Below are positions 1 through 11,803 of a stretch of 64,000 bases of DNA, piece after piece. Under the pieces are notes generated by a model. That model worked only from the letters and a program-made list of their open reading frames with translations. It was not told where the DNA came from and made no database searches. The position numbers and the translations under genes were made by a program. Numbering within the stretch: the stretch's first letter is position 1; every line of letters begins with the position of its first letter. The stretch spans positions 1,302,001 to 1,366,000 of the forward strand of contig NC_090599.1 in the NCBI RefSeq assembly GCF_000497125.1. Reading direction: 5' to 3'. The stretch is from Spironucleus salmonicida. Lineage: Eukaryota.

Positions 1-67
1 ATCCATTAACTCTAAATCATTCATAATTAAAACTTTATTATTATATTATAATACTTGTATCAATATA

Positions 68-961
68 ATGTCAATTATAAAAGAAACCTTTCAAACCGTA
101 TGCACAGCTTTATAAACGTATGGAATTGATTTTTTAACTCCAAAGATAATTTTACAATCATTTAATGATTCTCCTGATCCTGTAGAACTAGTTTTTCGAG
201 CTCTTTTAGAACTTATCCTAGCACATCGCTCTCTAACCCCAGAAGCATCTAGAAAATTCATTACAAATTCAAATTCAACCCTGTCAGATTTATTGTTCTT
301 TCTAGAATCAGATCTTAACAAACTGGGGTTTCCATTCCCACTAATTTCGTCACTAAAGTCAGTTAAATCATATTCAAAAATCTCATCCAGGGCTCTGATT
401 GCAGCTATATTTTTCATTTTAGCTTTAGATTCCCGTATTTGTAGTGTTCTTGACGATTTTAATTCAACACCTTTATCAAATTCTACTCGTCCTAACATAG
501 TATCAAAACTTACTCCATAACAATAGCTTTTTTCAATTCATGCAAACTACAATCATATAATATAGGCTCTCCGGTATCACCGCTCCTTTGAGTCAACAAA
601 AAGTTCTGAGAAACTTATTCGAGCTAGGCTTATTTTATCTACTTTTTATTCAACCTTAGCTAAGGGATTATAAGAATTAAAATTTCGGGAATGTGAGTTT
701 TATAGTAGTTTCAAGCCTTTTAAAGGGCAATTTTAAGAAATTGACTGGGTCGAACAGAAAGTAGAGGGTCTACGCATGATTTAGGTTGGAAACACCTCAG
801 ATTTACTTGATTAGAAAGTTATTTATAAAATCTTTAATTAGATTGTGTTGGAAGGTAGCCAGATAGAAAGCGAATTAGCATAAGTAAAAAATTAGATAGA
901 GGCAGTTTTTGGTCAATTAGGACTAGTTGAACGGTTTAAAGTCAAAGGTCTTAAAAAGTGA
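68..961 (+). CDS. Hypothetical protein (~297 aa)
   Basis: ATG68 is open in code 6 through several TAA/TAG codons to AAG-TGA (AGTGA). Confidence 0.7.
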
Positions 962-1448
962 ACTGAGTGTACTGTGATATTTTCTGTATTATATCTATCA
1001 GTTTATAAATTCATATGGTTGGTATAGTAAGTAGAATAGACTACAAAACTTTCAATGAATATTTATTAAAGGTATTATAAATTTATTTTTAGTAAAAATT
1101 TGTGAGATAAAATAATATCGAAGTTTAAAATGATACTTACATTTAAGAAACAATTGTTTTTAGAAATAAATTATTTTTTAACGAGTCTAATTTATGTTCT
1201 ACATTATTTTTAACTAAAATTTATCATAAACATCATGTTGAGTAAACTGCAATTAATAATACTTTTTGTTTAACAAAATTAAAACTTTATATTTAAAGTT
1301 CTGGTATATTTATCTCTAATATCTATAGTATTTGTTTTAAGTAGAAAGTGTAGTAAATTAAACCACTTATTCGCCACTGAATATATTTAGAGTGTCATCT
1401 ATTAATGTATTTATGCCAAAATAATAAAATAAATTATTTATCATCACT

Positions 1449-2345
1449 TCACTCCTACTTCAACTCTTCCCATTATACTAAAAATTCACCACCTAGAACG
1501 TCTGCAATTTATTCTGCAACATCACTATGAATAATACTTTCTATCCCTATTTTTAAGCTAAAATAATTACTTTTTCTACTAATTTCTAATAATCCTTCAA
1601 AACCAATTTTCTATTTTTTGCTATCAATACTCTAAATCATTGACTTGATAATTTTGATTCCTTATTTAGTTTCAAAACTTCTAGTATTCATCCTGCTATG
1701 CACATAACAATTGATAAATAGCAAAAAAGCTGGTGTTGAGTTCCGAAATTCACACAAACTTGAACAGTCAATTTTATCTGCTAGTTAATGTAATTCTTCG
1801 GAATCAGACTAAAAGCAAAAATTTGCTGATTCGAAATAAGCCTCATAAGGTAGGAAAGGAAGCTGAATTAAACTATTTAAATCTATTTTTGAAGTTTTCA
1901 AAACAGATGAAATTTATTCTTAACATTCCTCAAATTATACAAAATATTGAAAGACTGGAGTGTAAAAACATGTAAAAAATTTAATAGATCCTGAAATTAT
2001 ATTAAATTATTAAATGTTGAGAGTTTACATGAAAGTGGCAAAGTTTTCTGGGTCAGAAACCTAAAGATTCTAAAAAAGAGCAGTAGCGAGACTTTCTAGT
2101 AAATTTTATGCTAATTCGATAGAAGATTACGGAAATGATGGTTTATATGTTAAAATAAATGCTGATAGTATAAATTCGTTTGAATTAAGGAAAGTTGGTG
2201 TTTGTTTTAAAAACGTCTAGGCGAAAGAAAATAAAGCCGATTCCGATGGTATAATATTATTTTGATAGAATTCGCACATTTCTATAATATTTTACGACTA
2301 AAAATCAGATATTTGTGGTGTTTTATTGAGTTTAACAGATCGCAT
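1449..2345 (-). CDS. Hypothetical protein (~298 aa)
   Basis: MRSVKLNKTP... has no in-frame TGA until GAG-TGA at 1449. Confidence 0.7.
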
Positions 2346-2403
2346 TTTTATGAAGTGGAGATTGAATTAAAGTAATATTAAATATCAATAAAAATGAATT
2401 TGA

Positions 2404-2787
2404 TCATTCAGTTGGTGTATGATTCTCTAATGGAGCAATATCCATAACATCTGAAGGTGATTGAGGACCTTGTGCTTATTATGCAAAGGGAGTTCTTTAA
2501 ACTACAGCTGTTGGAGAACGAGGATCAAAAAATCCATTTGCTGGCTCTTAATTATCTTAGAAAGGTGTGGTAGGTACAGTATTCTTTTAATCTAGAGATT
2601 AAATCTCTTTTTAGTCGTGATCCTAAATTTAAACAAAAGGAGTTCTATGTTACTCTACATTTGGTGAACGAGGATCAAACGGGTCTTACTTGGGTGTTTC
2701 TGACATATTTTAAGCACCTTATACAATTTATGGTGATGCTTATTCAGTTGTTTTAGAGCAATCTTATTTGGAGTCATCACTGCCCAT
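2404..2787 (-). CDS. CDCA3/Tome-1-like small protein with two DPRSP..RTP repeats
   Basis: MGSDDSK...DPFDPRSPNVEQHRTPF...FFDPRSPTAVVQRTPF...; 127 aa in code 6. Confidence 0.6.
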
Positions 2788-2841
2788 TTTTAGCTTTAAA
2801 TTTTAAGATTTATTATAAATTATATATAATACAAAATATGT

Positions 2842-3690
2842 TCAAATCTTTATGTATTCTTTGAATGAGCTTTCAATAATATAATCTAATTCTTCCTTTT
2901 CTAACATAGGTGTCTCTAATAAATTTATCATTCTTTTTAACTCTTTATCAATATAATTTTTCTTTAGCCTTAAATTTTCTTTTTAAAGTTCATCTACATA
3001 CTCTGAAGTAAAGGTTGTATTAGGATCCATGAATGTATCACTAGTATTTGGCTGTTATATGGCAAAAGCATTTGATTTTTAACTCATCTGAGAATGATTT
3101 TAAGCCATCAGTGAGTTTTACTAAGACTTCAGATCTACATTTGGTTGATTTTCTTATATAATTGGTGTTATATTCTGTAAACTCTATGGAGTTATTTGCT
3201 GAGGAGTAACTCTATTTGGAGTGTGGGATCGTAAAGACTAGTTAGATTAATTAGTAAGCCTAGAGATTTCATCTTGTAATTAAGATATTTAGTGTTAATT
3301 ATTCATTATCGATGGTGATGCTAAATTTAAGGACTATGGAGTATCATATTTATTGTGAACAACAGAGTTTGTAAGTGGTTAGTTTTGTGGTGTAATAATT
3401 GATTAATCGTTTCTATAGCTTGGCTGGTAAGATTAATTTGCCATTTGCTACTAATAAGTTTGATTAGAATACTATGGCATTGTTTAATTTTAAACTGATT
3501 ACGGTTAAATCTCATTACCATAAATACTTGACATCTAACTTACAGTGCGACCAGATACAGAGTTTGATCTAGAATTTCTACCTGAATTGGATCTAGATTT
3601 TACTAACTTATCTTTGATCTCGTCCTTTGTCATAGACTTATTCAGCACTGAGTCAATCTCCCTTAGTAAATCTTAAGGCGTTTGCTACAT
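2842..3690 (-). CDS. Hypothetical Ser/Gln-rich protein (~282 aa)
   Basis: MQQTPQDLLREID...KEYIKI*, open in code 6. Confidence 0.65.
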
Positions 3691-3736
3691 TAAAAATTCG
3701 AAATATAATATCATAATATTTAGATAATAATAATAT

Positions 3737-4960
3737 TCAGTAATAAGGGCAAAAATTCCAACTCGTACTTTTTTCTTAAATCCATCCGCAGATGAACTTC
3801 ACCATACTCTACTGCGTGAAGCTTGCTATCACTGACCCACAATCACCCACAAACAGCCAGAATGAAAATGCTGACAGATTCCAATCGGTCTCCTCAGTGA
3901 TTTTCTTGATCAGCTTGCTGCTCTGCACGTAGATGATCCCGTCGCTGAACATGATGATGAAGGACCCTAAGACTATCAATTCTGAGCTGCCTAAAATGAC
4001 AAAAATAGCCCCAACCACGTTCAAGCAGCATAATATCGGTGGAAATATGAAGCGGACTTTTTCAAAGAGCAGACGGGACGCAAAGTTGCCAACGAACGTG
4101 AAAATGCCGCAAATCGACCTGAAATAGTCAGCCTTCACATCCGCCCCTAGGAAGCGCACCGTGCTACTGCTTGCAATGGTATACAACGCGATTCCGGGCG
4201 CAAACTGGCTCACGGTGAACATGTTGACCATCATCGCGACTGCACTGGGCACTAGCTGCACAAGCCACGTTCTGTAGTGTCTGAAGGAGTTCCATAGATA
4301 CATAGGTGAGGACGTCGGCGTTTGCGCCCTAAGCTCCGCTGTCTGGATGAAATTCTGGTGGGGGACGTACCGGAGCAGCACAAACGAGGCTACTAAGCAC
4401 ATAGCAATGGTGGTTCCGAAGATGATGATGCACGTCACAGAATTGCTTAAAATGGGGCTTAAAATTTCGATGAAAAAGAAACTCCCGATGGTGATGATAT
4501 TGATACCCACGGGAATGCCCAGAACCGCAAAATAGCGTGCGCCGGGTGATACGAGTGACATGACGCTCATGACGTTGGACTCGAAGGTGCCGATTCCGAT
4601 ACCGCCGCATGCGTATGTTAAATAGGCAATCCATACGTTATTTGATTTCTCGGAAAACGGTAGTATTTGGGCCAGAATTTGAAAAAGCTCTGCACATATC
4701 ATAAAGAACAATGAGATCAATATTCGCCAATATGGCGTTGTAAACATCCAGAAAAAGTTGTGCAGAAGCCTAAAAAGAAGGTTTCCCATGTATAAAAATG
4801 AGTATGGGTAAGAAAATTGAAATGATTCGATAAACGCAGATTCTTTCAGATACCTTTGTAGGTTAAAGCATGTTGCGTAACCCATGAACATTGGGATGGT
4901 TACTAAAATGAATTTCAAATTTTTTCTAGGCTCTAGCGATTCTGTCATTTTATAATACAT
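3737..4960 (-). CDS. Multi-pass membrane transporter, CLN3/battenin-like (MFS fold)
   Basis: Supplied 383-aa hydrophobic ORF extends through TAG3809 (Gln) to TGA at 3737; about 11 hydrophobic segments. Confidence 0.65.
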
Positions 4961-5276
4961 ATTATTATACTATAAATAGATGTGCATGTAAAGTTAATAA
5001 ATCGGAATTGAATAATCAACTGAATACATTATTTTATATATGTGCTGTTTTTATAAATTTATATTATACAATAATAAATAGTATCAAACTGAGTTTTGGA
5101 TTTAAGAAATAACTTTGCTAATAACTGATTATAAATCGATTTAAAAATAGAAAACAGATTTGCTTGGTTTTCTAAGGATAAATTATATTTATATAAACTT
5201 CGTACTTGAGGATTGCAAGAATTAGAATAGAATTTAATAGATAAAGGTCATATATAATATAAATTTCTAATTTAAA

Positions 5277-6878
5277 ATGTTAATAATATTATCCTTCAGC
5301 TGTTAAGCTGGCTCAGCCAGAGTAGAGGTTAATAAACAAACTGATTCAATTTAGTTCTTCACCGAGCCTAACCCGAATCTCAATCATGCTGAAGTTACAA
5401 GCTGCATTGCATAAACTGGACAAACTGCAATATATTAAATTTAAATAGGATCAAATACCTTTAGATCTTAATTTATAGTATACGATGCCTTTAAAAATAA
5501 TACTATTATGTTAACCCCTTTAGATGGTTCGTCTGCTGCGAGTGCCAGTAGTTTTGTAATTGCTTCATATATAATTACCTTCTTAGATAACAATTTAGAC
5601 CAATCTTCTGCAGTAGGATAACTTATTGTAGTTATTTATAACTATAACTAATGCATCTTTGATCCTGCTATTTAATATGAATCATTTAAATCAATAAGTG
5701 CAATAATAAAAACTAATCCGAACTGCATAATAACACCAACAGCAGATGTTATGTATATTCTTGATTTGCATGAAAATGTGATTATTTAGAAAAATATAAC
5801 TGCTGCAGTGTTTGATTTTGCCAAATTTACTATTGCATCTGCTAATTGTGAAGCTGGTAGCACTGAGTTCAAAAAATTATGTTCTGACCTCTCTTTAGAA
5901 ATATCAGGAGAAAACTTTATTAGTTTAATTTTAAATATAATTATTCCTAAAACTATTACATCAAAAAATAAGTATAATAATTAATATGGTGTTGAAGTAG
6001 AAGAAGAAGTTATATACAATTTTACTTTAATTTATAGAATTCCAATTTCTCGTCGTGATGTTACGGTCACTTGTACTAAATCTGATGCGCTTGCCTTTTT
6101 AGGTGACGTTATTTTTATACATCAAGTCCCAACTGAAACATTGTGTAATTTTGATACTTATGATACACAAAATTTCTGGATAAGTGCATCTGAACTAGCA
6201 GATGAAACTGGTAAAACATTTTAACTTTAATTTTACACATAGGATGCATTTAAGATTAAAAGCTATATTGGATGTGAAACATGGGAAATTTCAGAATTTG
6301 AATCATTCGAAGAATGCAAAGAGCAACTGGCTCTAGTTTTAACATATCCTAGTAATATGTCCCAATCAATTATTTATAAACTATATATATCTAACGTTTA
6401 TTCAGGTTCTTATAGATTTAATACGTAAAATATTCCAGGTGGAAATGGTTAAGCAACTATTTTAGATAATTAATTATGTATCAAAATTAATAAAACGATT
6501 TTATCATCAAGAACCTTTGCCAATATTGAGCTTAATATAAGTCACTCTATAGCGGACTTCAATGACGAAGATATTTAGTTTAATACTAAATATAATTTTA
6601 TTTTCCCATCTCCAGACAATAATTATTGCTTTACAATTACTGACCAATAGGAATAAACATTAAACGCTTTAAGTTTTTAAAACAATTTTGGAGTAGTTTC
6701 AGTGCTCGGAAACTTACTAATCTTGACATAGTTAAACCCAGAAATTCCTTATTAATAATTTTGGCAAGGATGGGTACTTTTAGTAGCTGCTTTTATATTT
6801 GGATGTTTGTTAATCATATTATCTAGTCTTTATAGGAAAAAAATGTATGCAAAAGGCTAATATATTCGTGACCGTTGA
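5277..6878 (+). CDS. Type I membrane/surface protein (~533 aa)
   Basis: Short hydrophobic N-terminus MLIILSF; C-terminal TM GWVLLVAAFIFGCLLIILSSL followed by basic tail YRKK. Confidence 0.7.
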
Positions 6879-7377
6879 TGTATTATTTATTCAAAATTTA
6901 TTATTTAATAATCTATAACCTGTTTGCTACTAAACTTATCTCTATTTTGACTATGAACCTAGTAGAATTTCATATTACACTAAAATATAGCTAGTGAATG
7001 TATCTGGCAAATCTATGATAAAAGTTATAACCATCATATTTAAAAATCAACTTAACCCTGTATGCGATAATTATTGAATTCAATATATGTAAATAATTCA
7101 AAAAGCATATCTATAACTCCATTAAAATTATTCACTGAATCCCAGTAAGTTGCTATGATATCCTGTATCGTATTCTACTATACAACCTCCACATAACTTA
7201 CTATTCATTTTTCACAATACTAAACACAAATTTGGATTACTTATATAATAAAATCCATATATTTAAAATTATTAACATTTACATATTATTATTCCTATCC
7301 TACAGATAAACCAAAACCGCTCCCATAATTTGACTAGTAATACCAATTATAGCTCATTTATACCATCAACATTTTTA

Positions 7378-7815
7378 ATGGGTAAATAATGGACGCAAGC
7401 CGAAATCGCGCAGCTGCTAGCATCCTGCCAGCTGAACCAGCGGAACAACAGTCATATCGTAGACTGGAACCTAGTCATGGCAGACATGCCGCAGCGCTCG
7501 AAGGCGCAATGCCAGACGTACGTGAATAACTACCTGCGACGGAAACAGCAGGAGCTCAAATCACTCGAGCGGCACAACTACCACTGGTAGGAGTGCGATA
7601 GCGAACGCCTTTTCGATATCGTGAGCCAGTTCGGTGCTGACTGGGAGATCATCCGGCGGCACAGCTTCCCAACGCTTAGCGCACAGCGCCTGCGCGTGAA
7701 GTACCTGGATTACTGCAAGATGCAGAAGCTGTAGCGGGAGCAGGCGAAGACCGATACGGAAGGCGGTACGCTGCTGCGAGACCTAATGGACCTGCTAGCG
7801 CAGAGGAAGTAGTGA
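7378..7815 (+). CDS. Myb-like DNA-binding protein (two repeats)
   Basis: QWTQAEIAQL...DWNLVMADMPQRSKAQCQ...HWQECDSERLFDIVSQFGADWEII; ends TAG-TGA. Confidence 0.85.
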
Positions 7816-7827
7816 AAAATGCGACGT

Positions 7828-8883
7828 TCAGTCCCAGAAGCCCGCCAGCTCATCAACGGGTGCAGGCGCCACGAACCAAGCAAGGAACGGCACTGCCTCA
7901 TCAGCGTTCTAGTAGCAGAAAACTACGTCCGTATCCCGCTGGAACGCGATATTGCGGCCGCATCCGCAGAATTCGGATTTTCGCTCCATCAAAATTCCGC
8001 TCCGCTTCATAAACTTGCAAAACGCCTTCAGCGTGCCGCGCTGGGCGACGCGGAAGATGCAGCCCTCCCGCTGGACTATTTTGACGTTCTCGCTGACCTT
8101 GCAGCTCATGAAGTCGACCTCGCAGCAGACTAGCGCGCGGATCCGCGCAGCACCGTCCAGGATGCTCTGCGCGTCGCTCGCATGCGTCAGAATGACACAC
8201 TTCGGCATTACGGCGTCGATGCATAGCACGATATCGCGGTAATCCGCGTGCGCGTTCGTCTGAAAATAGCGCCCGTTCCGATGCAGAACGTCCCGGAAAT
8301 CGCGGTTCTGGAGCGAGCAATTGACGTTCCTGAAGTTTAGATTTTAGGAGTGAAAATTCGAATTCAAATTCAAATTGGCAGTGAAATTATTTGTTATTTT
8401 TTAGCGGTGGAATCCGCCTGAGACCGCGAATTTGGCGGCCAAATTCGACTGAACGAGCGCGATTTGCGAGGCTTCGCAGAGCAGGAAATCAGCATGCGCG
8501 AAGGCGCCCAGACCGCGCAGGAACGGTGTCCGCGTCGTCTGGAAGTCGCCGGTATAGAACAGCTTCTGCGAGGCGAAGGCGGCTGCGCGGTCGATGTGGC
8601 CACTCGGCACTGCCTGGAACGCGCCAACGCACCCGAAGAATGGCACGTCCCGGTGCACTTCCACATCAGGGAATTCGCGTTGCAGCTGCGGCAGCGCTCC
8701 CGTGTGGTCCCGGTGCGCGTGCGTGACCAGGCAGGCCCCAGCGGTTTTGTGCCGCAGAGGGCCAAGATTCAGCGGCGTCAGGTGCGCGTTCCCAGCGTCA
8801 AGCAGCGTGTGCTCGCGATTGACCGTGAGCAGGTAGATCGACTGGCCGTTGATTGGCTGCACGCCGAGGGCTTCGAGCTCCAT
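7828..8883 (-). CDS. Metallo-beta-lactamase-fold nuclease, CPSF73/IntS11 (beta-CASP)-like, compact
   Basis: Supplied ORFs 8401-8883 and 7909-8229 join in one frame. Motifs LLDAG, THAHRDH, SGH, YTGDF and late ILTHA. Confidence 0.75.
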
Positions 8884-8982
8884 TCGGAGTGGGGTGGTTT
8901 GTTGTTACTGAATAGGAGAAATACCGCTTTTGGGCGACATGTCGCAAAGTGGGTTTCATTGTATAATAGGCGGAGTCAGAAA

Positions 8983-9597
8983 ATGGGTAAAATTAAAAAT
9001 GAAATCAATACTCAGTACCAGGGCGATGAGGCCAAGACTATGTTCAATGTTGCGCTGCTGGGCGCCTAAAAGTGCGGGAAAACCAGTCTGCTCGATGCGT
9101 GTCTGAAGCATTCTGATCCTTGGAAGGCGTGGCCATCCGAGTACGATCACGTCGCGTACGAGCTACTTGTAGACACTAGCTTCGGCGAAATAAGGCTAAA
9201 CATCATTGACTACAACGCACAACCGACCGACGAGCAGCTGGGTTGTCTCCATGGTGTCCTGCTGATTCAGGACATCACAAACTCGGACATATCTTACATT
9301 TAGAAAATGACGAAACGGTACAAGCAGGTGTATCCCCAAGGGGCTGTCTTTCTTGCAGCAACTAAGTCAGATTGCTACGGTGACGAGTTATTCAGTCTGG
9401 GATAGATTTAGCAGCTGGCGCAGGACATGGCCCCAGGGGCAGCCGGTTGTGTAGTATCTGGCCGGGAGAAGCATAACATCGATTTTCTGTTGTTCATGAT
9501 CGCGGATAAGCTTGCCAATCCGAACTAGAAATACTTTGCTGTAGAAAACACTTTAAAATAAATCAATGAAAAGAAAAGTAAGTGCACAGGTTAGTGA
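8983..9597 (+). CDS. Divergent Ras-superfamily small GTPase with CaaX-like tail
   Basis: G1 GAQKCGKTS (Q=TAA), G3-position DYNAQ, G4 TKSD, C-terminus KKSKCTGQ*. Start could be 9040. Confidence 0.7.
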
Positions 9598-9621
9598 CAT
9601 TATTTAAATACAGTTCTAAAA

Positions 9622-10161
9622 ATGAAGATTATTATTCAGAAGGTCAAGGCAGCTTCGGTCACCTTTGAACAGAAGAAGAACGAGATCAAGTCCGGTATAT
9701 GTGTACTTCTAGGCATTCATGAGACAGATTTCACCGCAGATGCGGACTACATTGTCAACAAAATCCTTAACACCCGTATTTTTGACGATGAAGATGGTAA
9801 GGCCTGGGGAGCTTCGGTATAAAGTTTAGGGCTTGAGATTTTGCTAGTTTCACAGTTTACTCTTTATGGATATTTAAAAGGAAATAAACCAGATTTTCAT
9901 TATGCAATGAAAAATGGACCATCTAGAAGACTTTTTGATTATGTAGTATAGAAAATACAGACTGCAATGCCAGGTAAAGTGTAGGTTGGATTTTTCGGGG
10001 AAGATATGCTAGTGGATATTACAAACGACGGGCCGTGTACCTTAATAATTGAAAGCAGAGATGAAGCACGTGTAGAAGATTAATTGTAGTAAATGAGTAA
10101 AATTGGTGGTGTTAAAGCAACAAAAATGTATGAGAAGGAGAAACATCTATGGATTGAGTGA
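9622..10161 (+). CDS. DTD1: D-aminoacyl-tRNA deacylase
   Basis: MKIIIQKVKAASV, VSQFTLYG, GNKPDFH, NDGPCT motifs. Confidence 0.93.
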
Positions 10162-10209
10162 TGTAACGTTAATATATACATTATTATATCATATTTGGAA
10201 TATTATAAA

Positions 10210-10845
10210 ATGTCATCATTACAAGATCTTTCATCGGTAAACGAAATTTCATCAACAGATGATATACCTTCTCATTTTTCATCCTCAATATCAGATAAAA
10301 TTTCAATATTGAATGTCTCTGTTGGACAATCTAAGTAAGATATTTCTCCACCTATTAACTCTGTGTAGATATCACCTGCAAGAGAAACTATATTTGAAAT
10401 TACAAATTCGTACGAAGATAGTACATAAATAAGCTCAAATCCTTTCAAGATGTCATCATCATATACTGCTTAGGAATCGTCAGTAACAATTTTAGATGTA
10501 GAAATAAAGGAGCCAATCCAAAATGAAAAAATAGTGACTAGAGAAGTTGGTGAATTATAAACCAGATTTGACGCTACAATTGCCACTGTCTAATAAGGTA
10601 GTTAATTTATTATTATTAGTTTTGACTAGATTGATGAGTATACTCACATCAGATCATTTAGGGAAGGCGATTAATTTCAAACGACAATAATAGTCAAGAG
10701 TGTTAATTTTCATGGTAATTATATCCAGTTAAATCGTGGGTTTGAGTTGTCGGAAGATGGGGTTTAAACTCTTATATATCGTGGCTACAACGTTGACAGA
10801 AAAATAATAATCGGTTTAGATTGGGAATCATTGATGAGTATATGA
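10210..10845 (+). CDS. Hypothetical protein (~211 aa)
   Basis: Open in code 6 from ATG10210 to TGA10843. Confidence 0.65.
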
Positions 10846-10885
10846 ATATTTTATTGTTATTAAAGTATTTTACCCTTTTCTCAAA

Positions 10886-11779
10886 ATGCAACTATCTGTA
10901 TCTAGTATTGGCAAGACTATGATCAGTAACGCTATGTGTTTGTCATCAATGATTTAAACAACATAAGAGCATATTCAATCAGTTTATGAAGAAAATGAAG
11001 ACTCTGACGTGGTATAGCTAGAATCTAATTAATAAGAGATTATGAGTGTGTTAAAAGAGCTAAAATCTATTCTTAACTAACCATCGCCATAAGAAATTGA
11101 ATAAACAATCGTGCAAAAATAGCTCAGTGAGCGTTAAAGTAATCTTAACATCAAAGAAAAACTTCTTATTGAGTTCTAAAGAGATATCGAAGAATAACAT
11201 CAAAACCAACAAAACGAAAAGTAAACAATAAGTGAAGTTTTAACACGTTAATAGTAGATTATAGATGAGGTGTAGAACTAAATTATAGACGCCGATTTGC
11301 CTCAAGATCTTGATTTTAGTCTTCACAAATCAGTCATGAATATGTCACGTTTAGCTCCTTAGGAGATAGTTTTCCCAGAACTTCAATAGATTACAGCAAT
11401 GCTTTCTTACTACACATAACCATAAATGGAATTTCTCAACACAACAGTTTAGGATTTTCAAGTTGAATAATTTATTTAATCTGACGAATTTAAGCTACTT
11501 ATTGATTTTGAAAGTGAAAGAGATATAAAATTGCATTTATTTGATGCTTGGAGCTTCAAGTTTGAACAGCGTGTCAAAAAGTTATTATAGATGCATTTTT
11601 GTATTAAAACTTCACACAAAAAAGTTACACCATTAAAGATGTATGCTTCAGACTTCTCTGATGATTTAGAGACAACTTGGCTCATGTGCTTGGTGTTTTT
11701 GTTCATTAGTGGGAATGATATAGGGCTTCACGGTTTATAACTTACTGGTTTAGAGCCTGTTATGATGAGTGAAATGTGA
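10886..11779 (+). CDS. Hypothetical protein (~297 aa)
   Basis: Open in code 6; coiled-coil-like middle region. Confidence 0.65.
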
Positions 11780-11803
11780 AATTTATAAATATAGCGCGAA
11801 ATA

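Noticed and set aside
91-498. Supplied 135-aa minus-strand ORF
   Set aside because: It is an antisense shadow of the longer plus-strand code-6 gene 68-961.
7378-9600. GC-rich block as a bacterial insertion or contaminant
   Set aside because: It encodes eukaryotic Myb and small GTPase genes that use TAR-Gln and AGTGA stops like the rest of the window.
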